Of a stretch of 64,000 nucleotides of DNA, positions 12,589 to 26,985 are shown in pieces. The notes under the pieces were generated by a model. It worked only from the letters and a program-made list of their open reading frames with translations. It did not search any database and had not been told where the DNA came from. The DNA lies in NCBI GenBank assembly GCA_000934665.2, contig KZ538109.1:1-64000 (forward strand), given 5' to 3'. Every line of letters starts with the position of its first letter. Position 1 is the stretch's first letter. This DNA is from Catajapyx aquilonaris. Its lineage: Eukaryota. The position numbers were made by a program, and so were the translations under genes.

Positions 12589-15500
12589 TTAAGGGTGTTA
12601 ATCATGAGAACACAAAAAAAAAATCTGCTTGCAAATGGGGAAGTACGTCAGTCTACATGCTGATGCCTTTCAAACTGTAATTATACGTAATTAGACACTG
12701 TCAGCACGAACTTGTAACAACTGATATGAGTCTACCGTTCTTTGCCAGCTATCTAGAGATAGCCCAAGGAGACGCTCTTGATAAAGCAAAATTTCCAAAT
12801 ATGCATTGCACCAAAATATTATTACAGTACAATGCAATAAACTAATAAATTCTAATATTTATGATGCTATTACAAATTCCATTATTATTAATGTATGTTC
12901 ATGTACGGACAATTAAACGAGTAGACCTGTACGTTAATCACCGGTTTTATATTGTCATAACATAAGTACTCATACACACTGTAAAGAGAGATTTGTTCAT
13001 AATGAATCTAGTTAATACCCCGCAAACAGTACTTTTGTCTTCCACAGTGGATTTGTCCTGTAAGCTTTTTTGTAAAACATGCAGTACTTCATGCTCGCTT
13101 GGTTTGAGTGACCACCACCCTCGTGTTGACCAGGGGAACACCCAGCCAACAACCAGGTTAACGCCACTCGGAACCATCCATCTCACGCAAAGTCCCCGCC
13201 GACTAGTAATAGACAAGTTCGCAGTTCGAATGGTTCACACTAGGCCATCCTTTAACTCCCCCTGAATTCTAGTCCGGGGGGGGGATAGGAGCAGGCATGG
13301 TCTCCCCGCCCACCCCCTTTTCTGGCAGAGAGATGCATGGGGCAGTTGGTGGTTCAGAGGGATTCATGGGCACAGAGGCCGTTCCGGCGTCGCCTGGGAA
13401 CAAATCGGCGGGGCCATGTGTCTGACAGCCAAAGAAGAGACCAAATTACCACCCGCCCCAATCTTGGGGACTTCGCTTGACCATCGCCCTTTCTCTGACC
13501 CAACCACCCCCCTCAACCCTGTCCCCGACCGCTTGTCAAGAGAAGAAGAAAATGGGGATCCGACGCTGTTTCGCTTCTAGAACACATTGGACTTGGCATC
13601 TACAAATTCTGGGTCATTTGCCATGCTGTCCTTAGAACACTGAAGCGGTATGGAAAAGTTGATCAACACTAAATTAATTAATTAAAGAATCCACTTATCC
13701 TAACTGCTCAGAGCAACCCGCACAGGCGGGAAGCATACATGCCAGGATAACACTTTTTCTCCCCCCAAAAAATGCTTGGGAATGAAGAAGACCTCTTTTC
13801 CAAGGGCTTGAGTCGTCTTGTCTGTGGCGGACAGTCGTCGCATTTGGTCCTGATTTATTCGTCTGTAATTTACCTCTGGTGACATGGCCGAAAATGGAAA
13901 GTGCTCTTGCAGTAGTGGAGAAAAGGCGAAGGAAGGGGAGGGGTTTTTCCTCTGGATCCGATAAAGTGCGACCACCAAGTTACGGCCACCGCTGCCATCT
14001 CACAGAGATTTGTTCCGCCAAATGGCCCTACTCGTATATATAATTTTATTTTACTTTTTTTGTGACATTTTTTCCAGGGGGGTGGCCTATTTTTCATCGT
14101 GGCCTGAGTCCAGACTGGAACGAATTTATTTTGCGATTTTTAATCCAGATTTTTTTGAAAGCCAATTAGCCATTTATGTACAGTGCAGGAACACACAACT
14201 CTTCACCTTCGAGAGCAGCCCACTACCCTATTTATGCATAGTGTCCTGAGTGGTCCAACCCAGCCTCTCTTATGATCTGAGGCCACATGGGTTCCAGGTA
14301 ATTCCCCGTGTCCTTCGCACCGTGCTTTGGGTAATTGGTGATGCCTGCCACCATTAAGGGAACGAAGGGAAAATGGTTTTCAGGAGAATCCGCCAGCACA
14401 ACGAGCGGACATTAGGCGTCGCATTTGGAACGAGACGGAGAGAGAAAAAGGGAACAAAAGTCCCCTTTTCCATCTATCCTTTCCCCTCCTCCCTTCCCCT
14501 TTTCTCGGAGCCCTATTGGCCTGGAATGGGTCACAGTTCACGCTGCAGCCCCATCTCGTGGGCCCCGCCATGACGTACGGCCAGCACGCATTGCACTCGA
14601 TGGAACACAATATGTCCAGGGAGAGAGGCAATAACCATTAGGCTTCCGAAACTGCCCATTCCAATGACACTGCCAGCGCCCGAAGAATATCTAGAAATTT
14701 ATACAGGCCTGATGGCGCGGTCAGCTCAAAAGAGGGGAGGACCTCCGGATTACTACCAGGAAAAGGAAAAGGAACGGGCAGAGTTGCCAAACCAAAAAGA
14801 ATTGCAGGTAACAATCGCAATTGCTATGTTTCTAAATCAAGTCCAAAAAGTGGTAAAATTGCTAGAAATTGCTTTGCATAACACTATCGAACGTATATTT
14901 TCGGTTCACCATGTACATATTCGCCTATATTATAACAGCTATAACTGTCCATAGCCGGTGGCCAGAGTGGCAACCTGCAGTGCAGGAGATATCAGGGGCC
15001 AATTGGAATCTCCAAGCGATTGGGGCCTAAGTCTGATAGGGCAATTTGCATGCGCTGGGAAGGAAAAGTTATCGCTTTACGAGCGGCCAGGTCGAGAGGC
15101 CACATCACTTTTGGCCCCATCTTTGCCCCCTGCTTCCCCCCCTCGTTCCTTTTTTTTTTTTTTTTAAAGCTAAAGGGATGACCCGTATTTTCTCCGGATC
15201 ATTCCGCAGGAAAACTGGGGAGATAGTAGTAGGGGCGGGAAAGAATATATTCCGGGAATATAGCCTAAAGGATAGCTGCACATGACGTATAGATGCTGCG
15301 GTGCCTTTGTGCACACTTCGTCAGAAAATGGGGAGGAAACTAAAAAAGAAGCTTAGAAAGAAAAAGTGGCGGCTGCATGTTATTGGACCATTTCTTTATA
15401 TCAAGAGCCATATCTGTGCCCACAATTTTCTAACATAAAAAGTACAACAAAGAGGAAAAATACTGGCAGATTTCAACAAAAAGCTAATTTTTAGGTCTGA

Positions 15501-16327
15501 CAACTGTACACAATGTCAGTCACAATAATCTTGCGTTGGGCCTACCATAAACGAAAAAAAAAAATTATTTACAACCATGATGTCAATCGCAACACAAAAG
15601 ATTCAGAGACCGATAACCGGACAGTAATACTCTCAAAATACTATTATCATCGACCCCCGATAATAACCAGCGATCGTATCGACCTGACAGTGCAATCAGG
15701 CCTATACTATCGATTTCCGCGTTTCCGCTCCACAATCTTTGAAAAGACCGCCCGGAGCGCCCTCACACACACAAAAAAATAGATATGCATACTTTTCTCT
15801 AGTGAAAAATGGCTGCCAATTAATCTGAAAATAGAGGCCCTACCTAATCAGGATTCCATTAGGATGAACCTCTCTCATTTAGACGAATTTTTTTCTGGGG
15901 AAGCCATTTTTTTTTTTGAATTTTGGAATTCGGTTCTCCTTTTCAGCAAATGCAGAGCTCTGCGCGTGAAAAGCTGGGAAGTTGACGTGCGTTTCGTTGA
16001 TTTCCTTTAATCCAACCGGATTTAATTAAGTCCAGGACGAAGCCCGCCCTTTTGCACAGCATGCAAAAGGCTTCACTCGCCTAAATGCACGCTCTCTCTC
16101 TCGTCTTTCTCCATTTTTCCTATTTGCAGGGCTTCCCGATTCCACCATTTCCCCCCCTTAGTCTGTTGTGGACAGCGCCTTGTCAAAAGTATTCCGGTGC
16201 TTTGACGAGAGAAATTACTTAGGGCTGCGCAAGAAAGCAGAAGAGAATAGGCTTTTATATTACTTGCTTTTGCCCAGGTAAGGAAGGTGAGTTCAGGCAT
16301 ACGTATATGATGAAAGTATATACAGAA

Positions 16328-16400
16328 CATGAATTCTCCACACACTAGTCATGAACTCTCCATATGATTGTCATGAACTCTCCATATGATTGTCATGAAT
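16328..16400. repeat. 22-bp tandem repeat (~3 units)
   Basis: GTCATGAACTCTCCATATGATT twice, plus partial copies. Confidence 0.85.
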
Positions 16401-18719
16401 ATCACGGATCTGGATGGATAGTTTGAGTAATTTTGACTATTATATTGAAGATTGATTCAGGGCTCTAAGTCAATTTGGTTCGTTTTGGTCGGTTACGCAG
16501 CTGTCTAGCACACAAGGTCCCTTTCTCGAGGTGACGAGACGGGAGATTCCGGCTGTATTTCGGGTGTCGCGGATGCTGCAGATTGTCACGTCCATCATGG
16601 CACTTCTTTTTCTCCTTCTCAGCCTTCTTCCTGCACTCTCCCACAAATCGACGGTTGGGTGCCAGAAACGTGCCAATAAACACCATGTGTCGTGTACTTA
16701 TCGGGTAGTTAGGATGACATCTGGGACGTGCAAGGGAACGGAGCTGATGTTTGGGCAGTAAGTCCGGCATATTTGGTCACCAGATTGCCCGTTAGGCCCG
16801 CTAAAATTTGGTCGTAATGGTACAAGTTAGCCGCTGATGTGGCTCGTAACTAGAATATGGCGCCCTGGAAAAAGTTTCCTTAGAAATCAGGCACAGCCTG
16901 AGGGTGTATACAATTAGCGCAGTTGTTGTCTATAGTGTCGGAAAAGTGCACACTATTTGCGAGAGAAGTAGCCCGGGGGACTATGCGACCAATGAATCCA
17001 AATTCTGATTTGTTTACTGCATACTCACACTTACTGAACAATATTATTCATGGATTTTTGGGTCATTTACATCCTCGTGTATTAATTACGCGGACCATTA
17101 GTGTGATACCAGAAGCAATTCCGCACCCTTTCATGGTAGACTCCCACTAATTGCACCCATCCCCTCACATTCGTCCGGCTACAAATAAAGTTCCCTGTTT
17201 CATCCAGTCTGACACAAGAAGCACCGTCTTGGTCCAGCCATCTTGGCAGGCCCTGACCACTAATGACGCGCACTGCATGCTTAAAATGGCGACTGGGAAT
17301 GGTCGCCTTCTCCCTCCCCCAAGTTCCCTCTTCCAAAAGTGGCACTTGGACCCTTCCCCTCGGCCAGGAAAAGACGGATGTTATGGGTGCCGTTGATCGC
17401 CAGACCGCAACCCTAAGTCTTCTTCCTTTCCCTCCGGTCTCATTTAGTCCCAAGGACCACTATGCTGCGGGGAGCCCAAGAGAAAGTACAAGAGCGGTCT
17501 TGGTGGTGTTAATGGGCGTGTGTGTGTAAGAGGAAAAGGGGGGCTGAGGAGCCACTTGGCCGGCGCCATTGTGTGGTCAGCAAGATATGACAGCGCCTTC
17601 TGGCCGCAGCCGTCCGGAAAAAGGAAGAGGTTCAGCGGCATCTGGCAGAAAAGGGGAAGAGCGAGAGGGGGTTAGGTGATATCCAAGAGGGGGGGATATC
17701 CACAGGCCTGGAAGTTTCATTAGGGAGCCGCCGGGTTTATTACGGTCGGTAACGTGTGTCCGTGGAGGGAGGGCCTTACCGGGCAAAGTTATATAAAGTG
17801 TAGGCCTCTTCGCGCCCGCAGACTGGACCCCCCAAGTGATATTAGCAAAAGGGGAAGGAAGTCGGCCAGATTTTGGCAATAACCACAAAGTAATGATTTA
17901 TATTGACAATTACGAGGAATCGATTGGACGTGTGTGGCTGGGTAATGAACATACGTATTTACAAGGTAGTATCATAGTTTACACAAATGCCCACGAATGT
18001 AAGGGAAGATATTGATAACCCATAAATATTTAAAAAGCCCGCCCATTTTTCCATACTGTGTGATCTGGCCACCCTGCTGGCAATCTTATGGGGTGGCCCA
18101 GGGGCGGCCCCACTTCCAAAGCCTAATTTCGCGCCCGTGCTGGCAAAGGTGCCAAGGCCTTTCGAATGGACCGACAGGGGGTCCCCAGCCGGCCCCTCTT
18201 CCGGAACACCCCCGCCGCATCCAGCCCCCCCNCTCGCAAACCCTGCACAATGTCGCCACGGGGCTCCCCATGGATCCCTCTTGGCCTCACAAAAGCCCCG
18301 CAGGGTGTCCCATGATTCCCTGTCAGCCGAACAATGACACTGCCATTTAGAGATGGCGGATTTAGATCATTCGCACCCCCGCCACCACCAGCACCCGCCC
18401 GCACCTGCCTTCTCGCCCACCCTGGGGGCACCACCAAAATTGTAATCTATGGACACCCTTTGTCATCTCCGAACGGGCCCTACTGGGTCTCCCCAACGAT
18501 TATGTGCAGGTCACACACGAGTCGGTGTGAAGTGACTTGCGAGTCACAATGTAAGTCCGGCATCTGCCTCGCCCTTAAATTATATCAGGGGCCACCGACG
18601 GGGCAACCCGCCAATTACTTCATAACCAGGGGACGGTCCCCCATAATAATGCTCACGACAAGCACAATGCACTCCACTATTCACAATAACTAATATATCC
18701 GCATTTTAACCAATATAGC

Positions 18720-19200
18720 TAATACCATAATAATAATAAAATAATAAAGGAGTTAATAAGTAACAAATAAAATAATAGCTAATAAACCAATCATTAATAA
18801 ACAACAAAAACAATAAAGAATAACAAACAATAAAATAATAAATAAAATAAATAATAAAGTAGCCTATAACAAACAATAAAATAATAAATAAAATAAATAA
18901 TAAATAAAATTAACTTACTAATAAATAACAACCAATAAAACAATAAATTAACTTACTAATAAATAACAACCAATAAAACAATAAATTAACTTACTAATAA
19001 ATAACAACCAATAAAACAATAAATAAAATTACTAATAAATAACAAACAATAAAATAATAAATAAAATTACTAATAAATAACAAACAATAAAATAATAAAT
19101 AAAATAATAAAAACTACCAAAATAAAAACTAGTAAATTAGAAACGAGTAATGTGACTAATAGAATAACTAATATTATAATTATAAACTACTAATACAGAT
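18720..19200. repeat. A-rich low-complexity tract / minisatellite
   Basis: AATAA-derived sequence. The 38-bp unit AAATTAACTTACTAATAAATAACAACCAATAAAACAAT occurs about 3 times at ~18906-19020, followed by shorter variants. Confidence 0.9.
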
Positions 19201-21714
19201 TATAACATAGGTAATTTTCATTGAACAGGCTATGGCTATTATAGCCTTTCATACCCAACATTGTTTCCTCTCGCCAAACCCCTGCTAAAAAGGGCAACTT
19301 AGATGTTATCCGCAATGTTAAAACAATTTCTGCTGACGCCCCCACTCCCCCTCGTCCATTCCGGCCTCCCCTTCCTGCACCTATTCCAATCCCAGCACCC
19401 CGTTAGTATGTGAATCGACCTCATTTCCTCTTTTACTAAGCTACAAAATTTCCAATTTGGAGACCTGAGGGACATCTCCAGCTAAAAAAACACACACACC
19501 CCCGGTGCTGGATATGGAAAAGGGGGGGTTCCAAATATCCGCCCTCATGTTTTCATTCTATCTTACTAGGGGGTAGAGGTTTTTTTCCCCTATTGCGCCT
19601 CTCCCCCCCTTTTCCAAAAATTGCGTGGGGGGGAGGGGGGGGGGGGTTAAAAACTGGCCCCGCGGATGACCAATGGCAATGGCTGCAAATGATGCCGCTT
19701 TGACCTCGGCTACAGATGTACGGAAGTTCATTTGAAATGGGGAGGCCTGCCGTTCTTTTGTCCCTGAACCAGCCCTGACCAGAACGGAGGCCTTGGTACA
19801 ATAGGTGCCTAATGTGGCTTGCAAGGGAGCTGAGGGAACATGGGCCACCACCCCAAAAGGGGCTACTTAATAAACACCGCCAACTATACACATACCCCAA
19901 CCCCCTGAGGGAGTCCGGTGCTTGCAGATACACTATGAAAAGACCTGGAGTTGAACCTCGCAGGAGCCCAAGGCCTGACACTTACAAGCCCCCAGGATTA
20001 AAATGTATTCAGGCCACGCTGGAGGAGTCAAATTAAAAACGTTTGTTGGTCATAATTTGGTTTCCAGGTCAAATTAGACGTGCATTTGATTGACAGTTTT
20101 TTGGAGAAAATATTTTCCAGAGAATCGTTATATGCGTGGAAGTTTTTCAGTGCGATTTGTACAGTACATGTTAGGGCGAGATTAAGTGCATGTAATGGGT
20201 TTTGAGTATCAGTGGTAAGCTTAGCACACATGGGACACTCCAAATCGCTACAGAACCAACAGCCGATAGAGAGATCAACCAATTCCCTATTGACAGGAGC
20301 TTTCTATCGATACCATAATCGCTATAGGGGTAGTTAAAAGACTAAATCTTCTCAGGGAATAATTAAAGCACATTTATCCTGCACTTCATGAACTCTGGAG
20401 TCCCTTAGCACCCTCTACTCTCTATAGACCTCCAAAATATTTCAGAATTGATTAAGACTACAGAGCCTATCCTCACAACGGCCGTTCACAACAGGCCGCC
20501 ACTACATCTTCATCTGCGTAACAAATGTCCGCCATCAAAAGAGGAACGAGCCTCACAGCCTTGTACCCCCCGACATCAAGTGGTGTTGGTGTGCCAATGA
20601 CTAAGAGGCGCCTATTAGTAACAGTTATGCTGGTTTCCCAAAACAGGAGCGGGGGCCTGGAGAAGCACCTCCCGTGGGTCCCATTTTCCAACCCTTTTCG
20701 GTCCCCATAAGGTCTCAGATATATGGAAAAAGACACCACAGTTGGTGAGGGCTTGGGTAATGGCCGCAGCCACACGTCGCATGCTTGTCACCTAAAAGTA
20801 ATGCAACCATTATAATTAATTAAGCCCAAGCTGGGGGAGGACTAGACTCCCATACTCCCCCAGCAGCACGTGGTATGAGGTCATTACGGCTAATGCCATC
20901 TTCTAAGGACTTTTCCGCATTTTGCCTCCGGGCCTCATGCATTTCCATACTCGGCGGCCGTATCCGGGACCAGCTTCTCGGAGGGCTTTATACGGGTGCC
21001 CAGGCTGAGCTCTCCGCTAGTCCGAATAATGAAAACAGGATTTAGCAGACGGTTTTATTAAGCAGTGAAAACATGATTAAGCGTTTTGCGGGCCCACACC
21101 CAGCTTCCCTTTACTTGCCGACACTACCATGATCGTTTTCTCCAGGTTGCCATGTTGAGCTTCTGCAGTGGCCTAAATTTTCCGGATTGTACAGGCGTGA
21201 AATACACGTGGACCCTCACTTAATTATGATGATACGTTATGTATCGTTCAACATCGCGCAGACCTTCGACCCAGTAATTTGTGCATGTCCCATCGCCTAT
21301 ACGTCGCAATTAGTCTCCTGTCATCGTATGACATTGTGTCATAATAGTTGGAGCACTTGCTCCTTGTATGATGTATTGTGTAGTGACATATCCTGGCCAT
21401 TATACAAGCGATCACAATCTACTGCAGTATGTCAGCTTCAATCGCCATATGCGACACACCAACAATTTTTCTCAATACATATACGTCAACTGGGACACTA
21501 ACCCTGTTTTTCCCCTCAGTGACAACCCGCTATGTCACAGAGATGACTTACTTCAACTGCATGTTGCGACCTTGCGTTCATCCTTTGTGTAGGGTGACAA
21601 TGTCCTGACTTGTTTCACCTGACAATAATCGGTTGACACTGTTGCGACTAGTTTCTTTGATGACAGGTGATGACCGTAAGGCACCAGCCCTGCATGGGAC
21701 AGCTTCTTACAACA

Positions 21715-22018
21715 TATTTCGTATCTACTTTGATTTGTGACTTAAAATCTTCGTGGATTTACGTAACTAGTAGGTTTACAGTACAATCTACGATTTTGAA
21801 ACACTAAAAAAACGCTCTATGAAGTTTTTCCCCAACATGGCCGTCGATAACAGGTAATGACTGGAAGGCACTTGCCGGTACATTACACCCTATTTTGTAT
21901 CTACTTTGCTTTGTGACTTAATCCCAGTGTGGATTTACGTAACTAGTAGGGTTACAGCACAATCTACGATTTTGAAACATCAAAAAATGCTATATGAAGT
22001 TATTTCCCAACATGGCCG
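21715..22018. repeat. Tandem duplication of ~128 bp (period 176 bp)
   Basis: 21715-21843 and 21891-22018 share TATCTACTTTG..TTTGTGACTTAA...GTGGATTTACGTAACTAGTAGG...CAATCTACGATTTTGAAACA...CCCAACATGGCCG. Confidence 0.9.
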
Positions 22019-24315
22019 CCTTTCACCAACTATGCTCCTCCATAGTCCTGCTAGACACTGGCTTATAGACGCATAGGGGGGGGGGCAAGCTAGCTAGGGG
22101 GGTGTGCACCACAGGGCCTTATCTCCCTCGCAGGCCCCCTCGGTCCAAGCCAACACACAACGAGATATGTCAGGGCGTGCCACAAGGCCTGGGATTTCAC
22201 CGCCGCATTTATCATAATCGCTCATGGGCGCGGGCTTGATCGTTTGTCCAAGCGCAACCTTTATGGAAAAAGGGGGAGGTAGTGGGGAGAAGCGGGGAAA
22301 ACCCTCCCCAAAACTACCCCCCTCTTCATATATGCTCTGTGGCCTGCAGAGAAGAGAGTAATGCCCCCAGCCGTTACCGGACGCTAATGGACACTTCCCT
22401 TGATAACTGCCCCGCTACACTCTCTACATTGGGCTCCTAAGCAAGCTCGCCCTCTCGTTTATCACTATTAGTTTATTCTCCGTGTCTGCGGATAATTAAG
22501 GTCCGCACACTACCCAACCTGGCAAGATGGCCGCCGGGTGATAACTTTACTTTAGGTTACACGCCCGCCACGACAGCCCAACCAACCAACCAGCGGGACA
22601 TCCCCTATAGTGCAAATGGGGGCCTCGTATAGCGTGCCAGGGAGGTCAACTAACGTCATTTCAGATGCTGTCTGGCAACTTGTCGCCTAGAAATGTGTCT
22701 GACAACCTGTCGACTGACATTTTACGGACGGGTTCCTGATCATGGGCCTGCCACTTTGCGGCTTGCCATTTCGCTTGCCATTTCCTCACCTGATATCTTG
22801 TCGCCTGAAAATTTATATTGCATGGAAAGTTTTTGCATGGAGGGTCGATACTAGGTTTGAATTGCCGCGTTAAACTCTAGCTGATGGATTAGTCGTGTCT
22901 GGTGTGACACGGCGTGAGTAATCTACCATAACCCGTAATTACAAAATGGTAGTACTTTTACCCACCAGTCCAAGCAGATGGCTCAACCCTGTCCATGTCC
23001 TAACACCAAAGCATCAAAACTTATGTCTCCAGGCGGCATGGTATCCCCCCAAAGGCGCCATGAGAAGAACAGCAGCGCCATCTGTCCCTCCCCACGGTGG
23101 CCCCATATAACAACTCTTTGGGCGTTTGCGCAGCGTGCTACTAGGCTAGGCCTGGTTTCTGGCAAATCCCCGGGAGGTGAGGAAGGTAAACGCGGGGCTG
23201 GCTCACCGCAGCCTCTAATTAAAAGCCCCGCTCTTGGGCCGCCGCCGACTAATGGGCCCTGGCGCCCAGGCCACCACGCATTGCTCTTCATTTGCGGCCC
23301 AACACCATTTCACTTGTTTCCCCATTTGCAAAATTTCATTTGGCTTGTTTCAGGCCTCCGGGACGCCTCAAGGTACTCACGCTCTTTGCCCAGATTTTAT
23401 ACGGTTGCTAGAGGTAGAACTGGGTTTAAATCTTGGACTGGGGTTGGCTTTATCATATAAATCTTGAACTATACAATTCGCTGATATGTCATCACTATAA
23501 CTGACCCCGAACCCCTAGGACTCATTAATAAAGACGTCCCCAAAATTATTTCCTGTGCACAGTTCCGCTCCGAACTCCCTTTTAATTAGCAATAGGAAAT
23601 TACCACTTTGGATTTGATCTAAGTTCATATTCAACCTCACAAAAGCAGTCTGCTCGACCTTTTCTAGTAGATTTTTTTTTTTTGATCCGGACCCGGTTTT
23701 ACAGGGTAGGTCCTCCCTAATCATTATCCATGCGTGAGATGCGGCACGTCGGCTGTCCCTTAATGAATCCGGGGCTCTTCCCGGAAGCCAGATAAGCGGC
23801 TAATACCCGAGGAAATGCACACATAACGCCATCTTGATAAAGCGGCGGGTCTGAGGGGTCTGCACATTGAATGGAGATCAAGGTGAGGAGGACCTGGTTG
23901 TAAGATAGGGGGTGGATTAATCCGTTTGTTGTTGGTTGGTTGGTTGGAAACCCTCGACGTGACTGCCCTTTGAAAGAAGTTTCAGTACGTGATGATCTAA
24001 TGGCCGGATCATGTCGATTCAGGAACTGGCGGAGCGGAATCGTCGAAGAGGGGTTATCAAGGGGGTCAGACAATTAATATTTTACTGCACCGATTAGACG
24101 TTGTGGAGATCATAAAATGCATTGTCTGGATGTAATGTATACGGTGGAGTATGCGAGGTTGCATGAGATAAAAATGGCAACATTCGAGTGTGTCACTATC
24201 TGATTCAGTATACGAATCCTTCAGAAAACAGGAATTTCAGAATTGGTAAGTCTTATCACGGCCCAGGTGATCTTACCCAATGGTAGGTGAACCAACTGTA
24301 AAAATGCTCCATATA

Positions 24316-24783
24316 CAGTTGACTCCGGATATAACAGCCACGAAAGGCCGGTCCCGGCAAACTTCCATAAGGCCCTATGTATTTGACTCCTGATATAACA
24401 ATCACTTTCACATCACCTCAGGTATAACAGACCATTTTTGGCCCTTCGGCGGGAAATTATGCTGTTTTTGATTACTAAGTTTCTTTTCCCACGTGACAAA
24501 ACAGTACACTGGAGCCAAAATTATTTTCGCATCTGTCACTGATCTAAGCTACTCAAAATCATACTTTTTCTGGTATATATTTGGCAGCAAAACGCAGAAG
24601 AAAATTACGGATTTTTTGAAAAAAATGGGATAGTTTATATGCACGCAGTAGTGGACATTATAAGCATATGGAAAAGAAAACTTTGTGTATTTGTGCAAAA
24701 GTCGCGATTTGGCTATAACAGACCTCGGTTATAACATACTTTTTCCGCAGTGCCTTGAAGTTTGTTATATCCGGAGTCAACTC
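24316..24783. mobile_element. pogo/Tigger-like MITE, ~468 bp
   Basis: TA|CAGTTGACTCCGGATATAAC on the left and GTTATATCCGGAGTCAACT(c) at 24764-24783, a 19/20 inverted match. Internal sub-repeats include GACTCCTGATATAAC and TATAACAGACC twice. Confidence 0.8.
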
Positions 24784-24791
24784 TGATGCCC

Positions 24792-25008
24792 CAAGTCAAA
24801 ACCATGTATCTCGGCTTTTTGTCTATAAGATATTCGAGTTTGAAGTATCTTTCGTTTCCATTATCATACCGGTATATGGAAGTGCATGATTTCAATTGGC
24901 CATAACTTTGCAAGGGTTGCTTGGGCTTCGTACCAAAAGGTGTGGCTTGCAAAGAGTATAGTGCAATCTCCAATTATGTGGTTTTCGAAGATACGGGGTT
25001 TTAACTTG
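24792..25008. mobile_element. Degenerate inverted-repeat-bounded segment, probably a DNA-transposon remnant
   Basis: CAAGTCAAAACCATGTATCTCG at 24792 is inversely matched by CGAAGATACGGGGTTTTAACTTG ending at 25008. Confidence 0.45.
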
Positions 25009-26985
25009 TGCCGTCAGAACTGTACTGGAAATATCAATTTAACATTGACTTGATGCCTGTAAACATGAGACAGCTTGGTTTTGATAATGACCTACTCATA
25101 CATACCCAAATTCGGCACCTGAACCCATACTTGATTAATCCTAACCCTCTAACGGACAGTCCCCTGAATCCCCACGGATCACCGGATCCGACACTGACGT
25201 AACACCCTTCAAGAGCACCCCTCCCAGAATTGATGGAACCCCATAATAGTCCAAATCCCTGCCTCATCATGGCATGACCAATCACCCTATGCCACATGTC
25301 ACCCCAAATCGTTCATACCCTATTTTTTCCCCCACCTACCATACTATTCCTCCTCCACTTTCTCCCCATCTAAACAATCTTGATTAAAATAAAACCCTAG
25401 CTCCCAGCCGGCTGTTTACGGCCCTCTCCGGACCCGTGGCCTCATCTTGGCTAAAGAGCAATTGGGGGGAAGTGCGCCCGGAGCAACTGCCGTCTAGGGA
25501 ATCCCCGCACACTGCCTCCGGAGCAGTCTCAATTTGTGTCCGCAAATTGGATGCGAACCTGACAATACGCTGGGGAAATATACCCATTGAAGATCGGTCT
25601 TTGATGGAATAACGAGGACTTCCCTAGGAAAACTCTTGCTCAGGAAAGGTGGGAAAACTTCATGGAAGGGAGGTAGGACAAATCACTGGATATATACTTG
25701 GATTCTGGGATACCCCGGGAGATACTCGTGGGACGTACGTGACAAACACACTTAGTCGCCCCGTGGGGGGTTATCCAACCGATTTTCTCCAGATTTTTTT
25801 TTTATTCTGGAGAAAAAAAAGGGGGCCGTCTCCCTCAGGCGAAAATGGGTAGCCCGGCTCACTATCCCGGACGTACAATATTGTTCTACTTGCGCGCCGA
25901 ACACTCTGGAAAATCCGGGGGTCCATGATGTATTACGAGCGATTCGCTTGTTCCAACGCTTGGAAATGGGGGTTCACGCTTGTGAGGTGATAGAGGTGGA
26001 CAAGAAATCCGGTGTTTCCGGAGTTGTACCTGACTGTCCATTGCTCATTCTGTACAAAAAAAAAAACTTACTTTAAAATCAGGATTACCAATACACAGCA
26101 CCACGTTTCATAACTCAGCATGTACCGCCACGATTTATTTCGTAAAAAAAAGCACCCGCTGAATAGGAGTGGCCCATAAATTTAGTCAGGTAGAGTGAAA
26201 TATGCTGAATAGGAGCTAGCACGGTCCTAAGAGGACATGACAAGGACCCCAGGGAGTTGTTCTCACCGTTTCGGAACACCCAGGCATACAGGACAGGCGC
26301 CTTGTCCGGGTGATGTAGGGAGTAAACCCAACACCTGCCAGCGTTTTGCCTTTGTGGGCCTCCGTGGAAAACGGGTTCTGGTAATTACGCCTCGACTTGC
26401 TCATTATTTATCTCTTCCCCCCCCCTTCAACCACCACTGGAACCAACTCTCTCCATGCTATATACGATAAGAGTCGTCCCGTTGATGACACCACCTGGGG
26501 ATTAACTAGTGACACCTGGGGGAGGGAAGCCCATTCCGTTCGGCCCAAGAGGCATAAATCGTGTCAAACTGGATTTTCGGTGGGATGGAGGAAAAATTTT
26601 TCCTGGGAAGATTCTGGCTTCTGATATGCAACCAAGACTGGTACTTAGGGTCTCTTCAACTCTGGAGGAATGATTGCATAATGCGGGTTAAATGTGGGGA
26701 TTAACGTGAGGGCCATCTGTCTCCCTCGTTTTTTACATGCATTCAGTAGGATTTCTGGTTGTAATGGTCAAATTACTGCTGGAAACCGTTAATGAAGAGG
26801 AGGACACATCAATTAGCCAGTTTTTGCAATGCTATAAGGCCAATTTATGGTTGCAATTTACGTTGGTGGTCCTTGAGCCCTGCCTACTGACCTCGAATGG
26901 TCATTTGCATGACAGGTACAACAAATAATCTCGAACGAGTCATTCCACATTGTTCATAGCGTTCAGACACATCTGTACAGCGACA

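Noticed and set aside
14241..14300. Degraded SINE-like A/B boxes (also SINE-domain-like words at ~15190 and ~30790)
   Set aside because: Too diverged to support by eye; would need an HMM search with the SINE consensus.
14642..14806. Exon-like stretch LPKLPIPMTL...ELQ|GTAAC recalling the choline/carnitine acyltransferase N-terminus
   Set aside because: Similarity is limited to LPKLPIP, the acceptor is poor, and no companion exons are visible.
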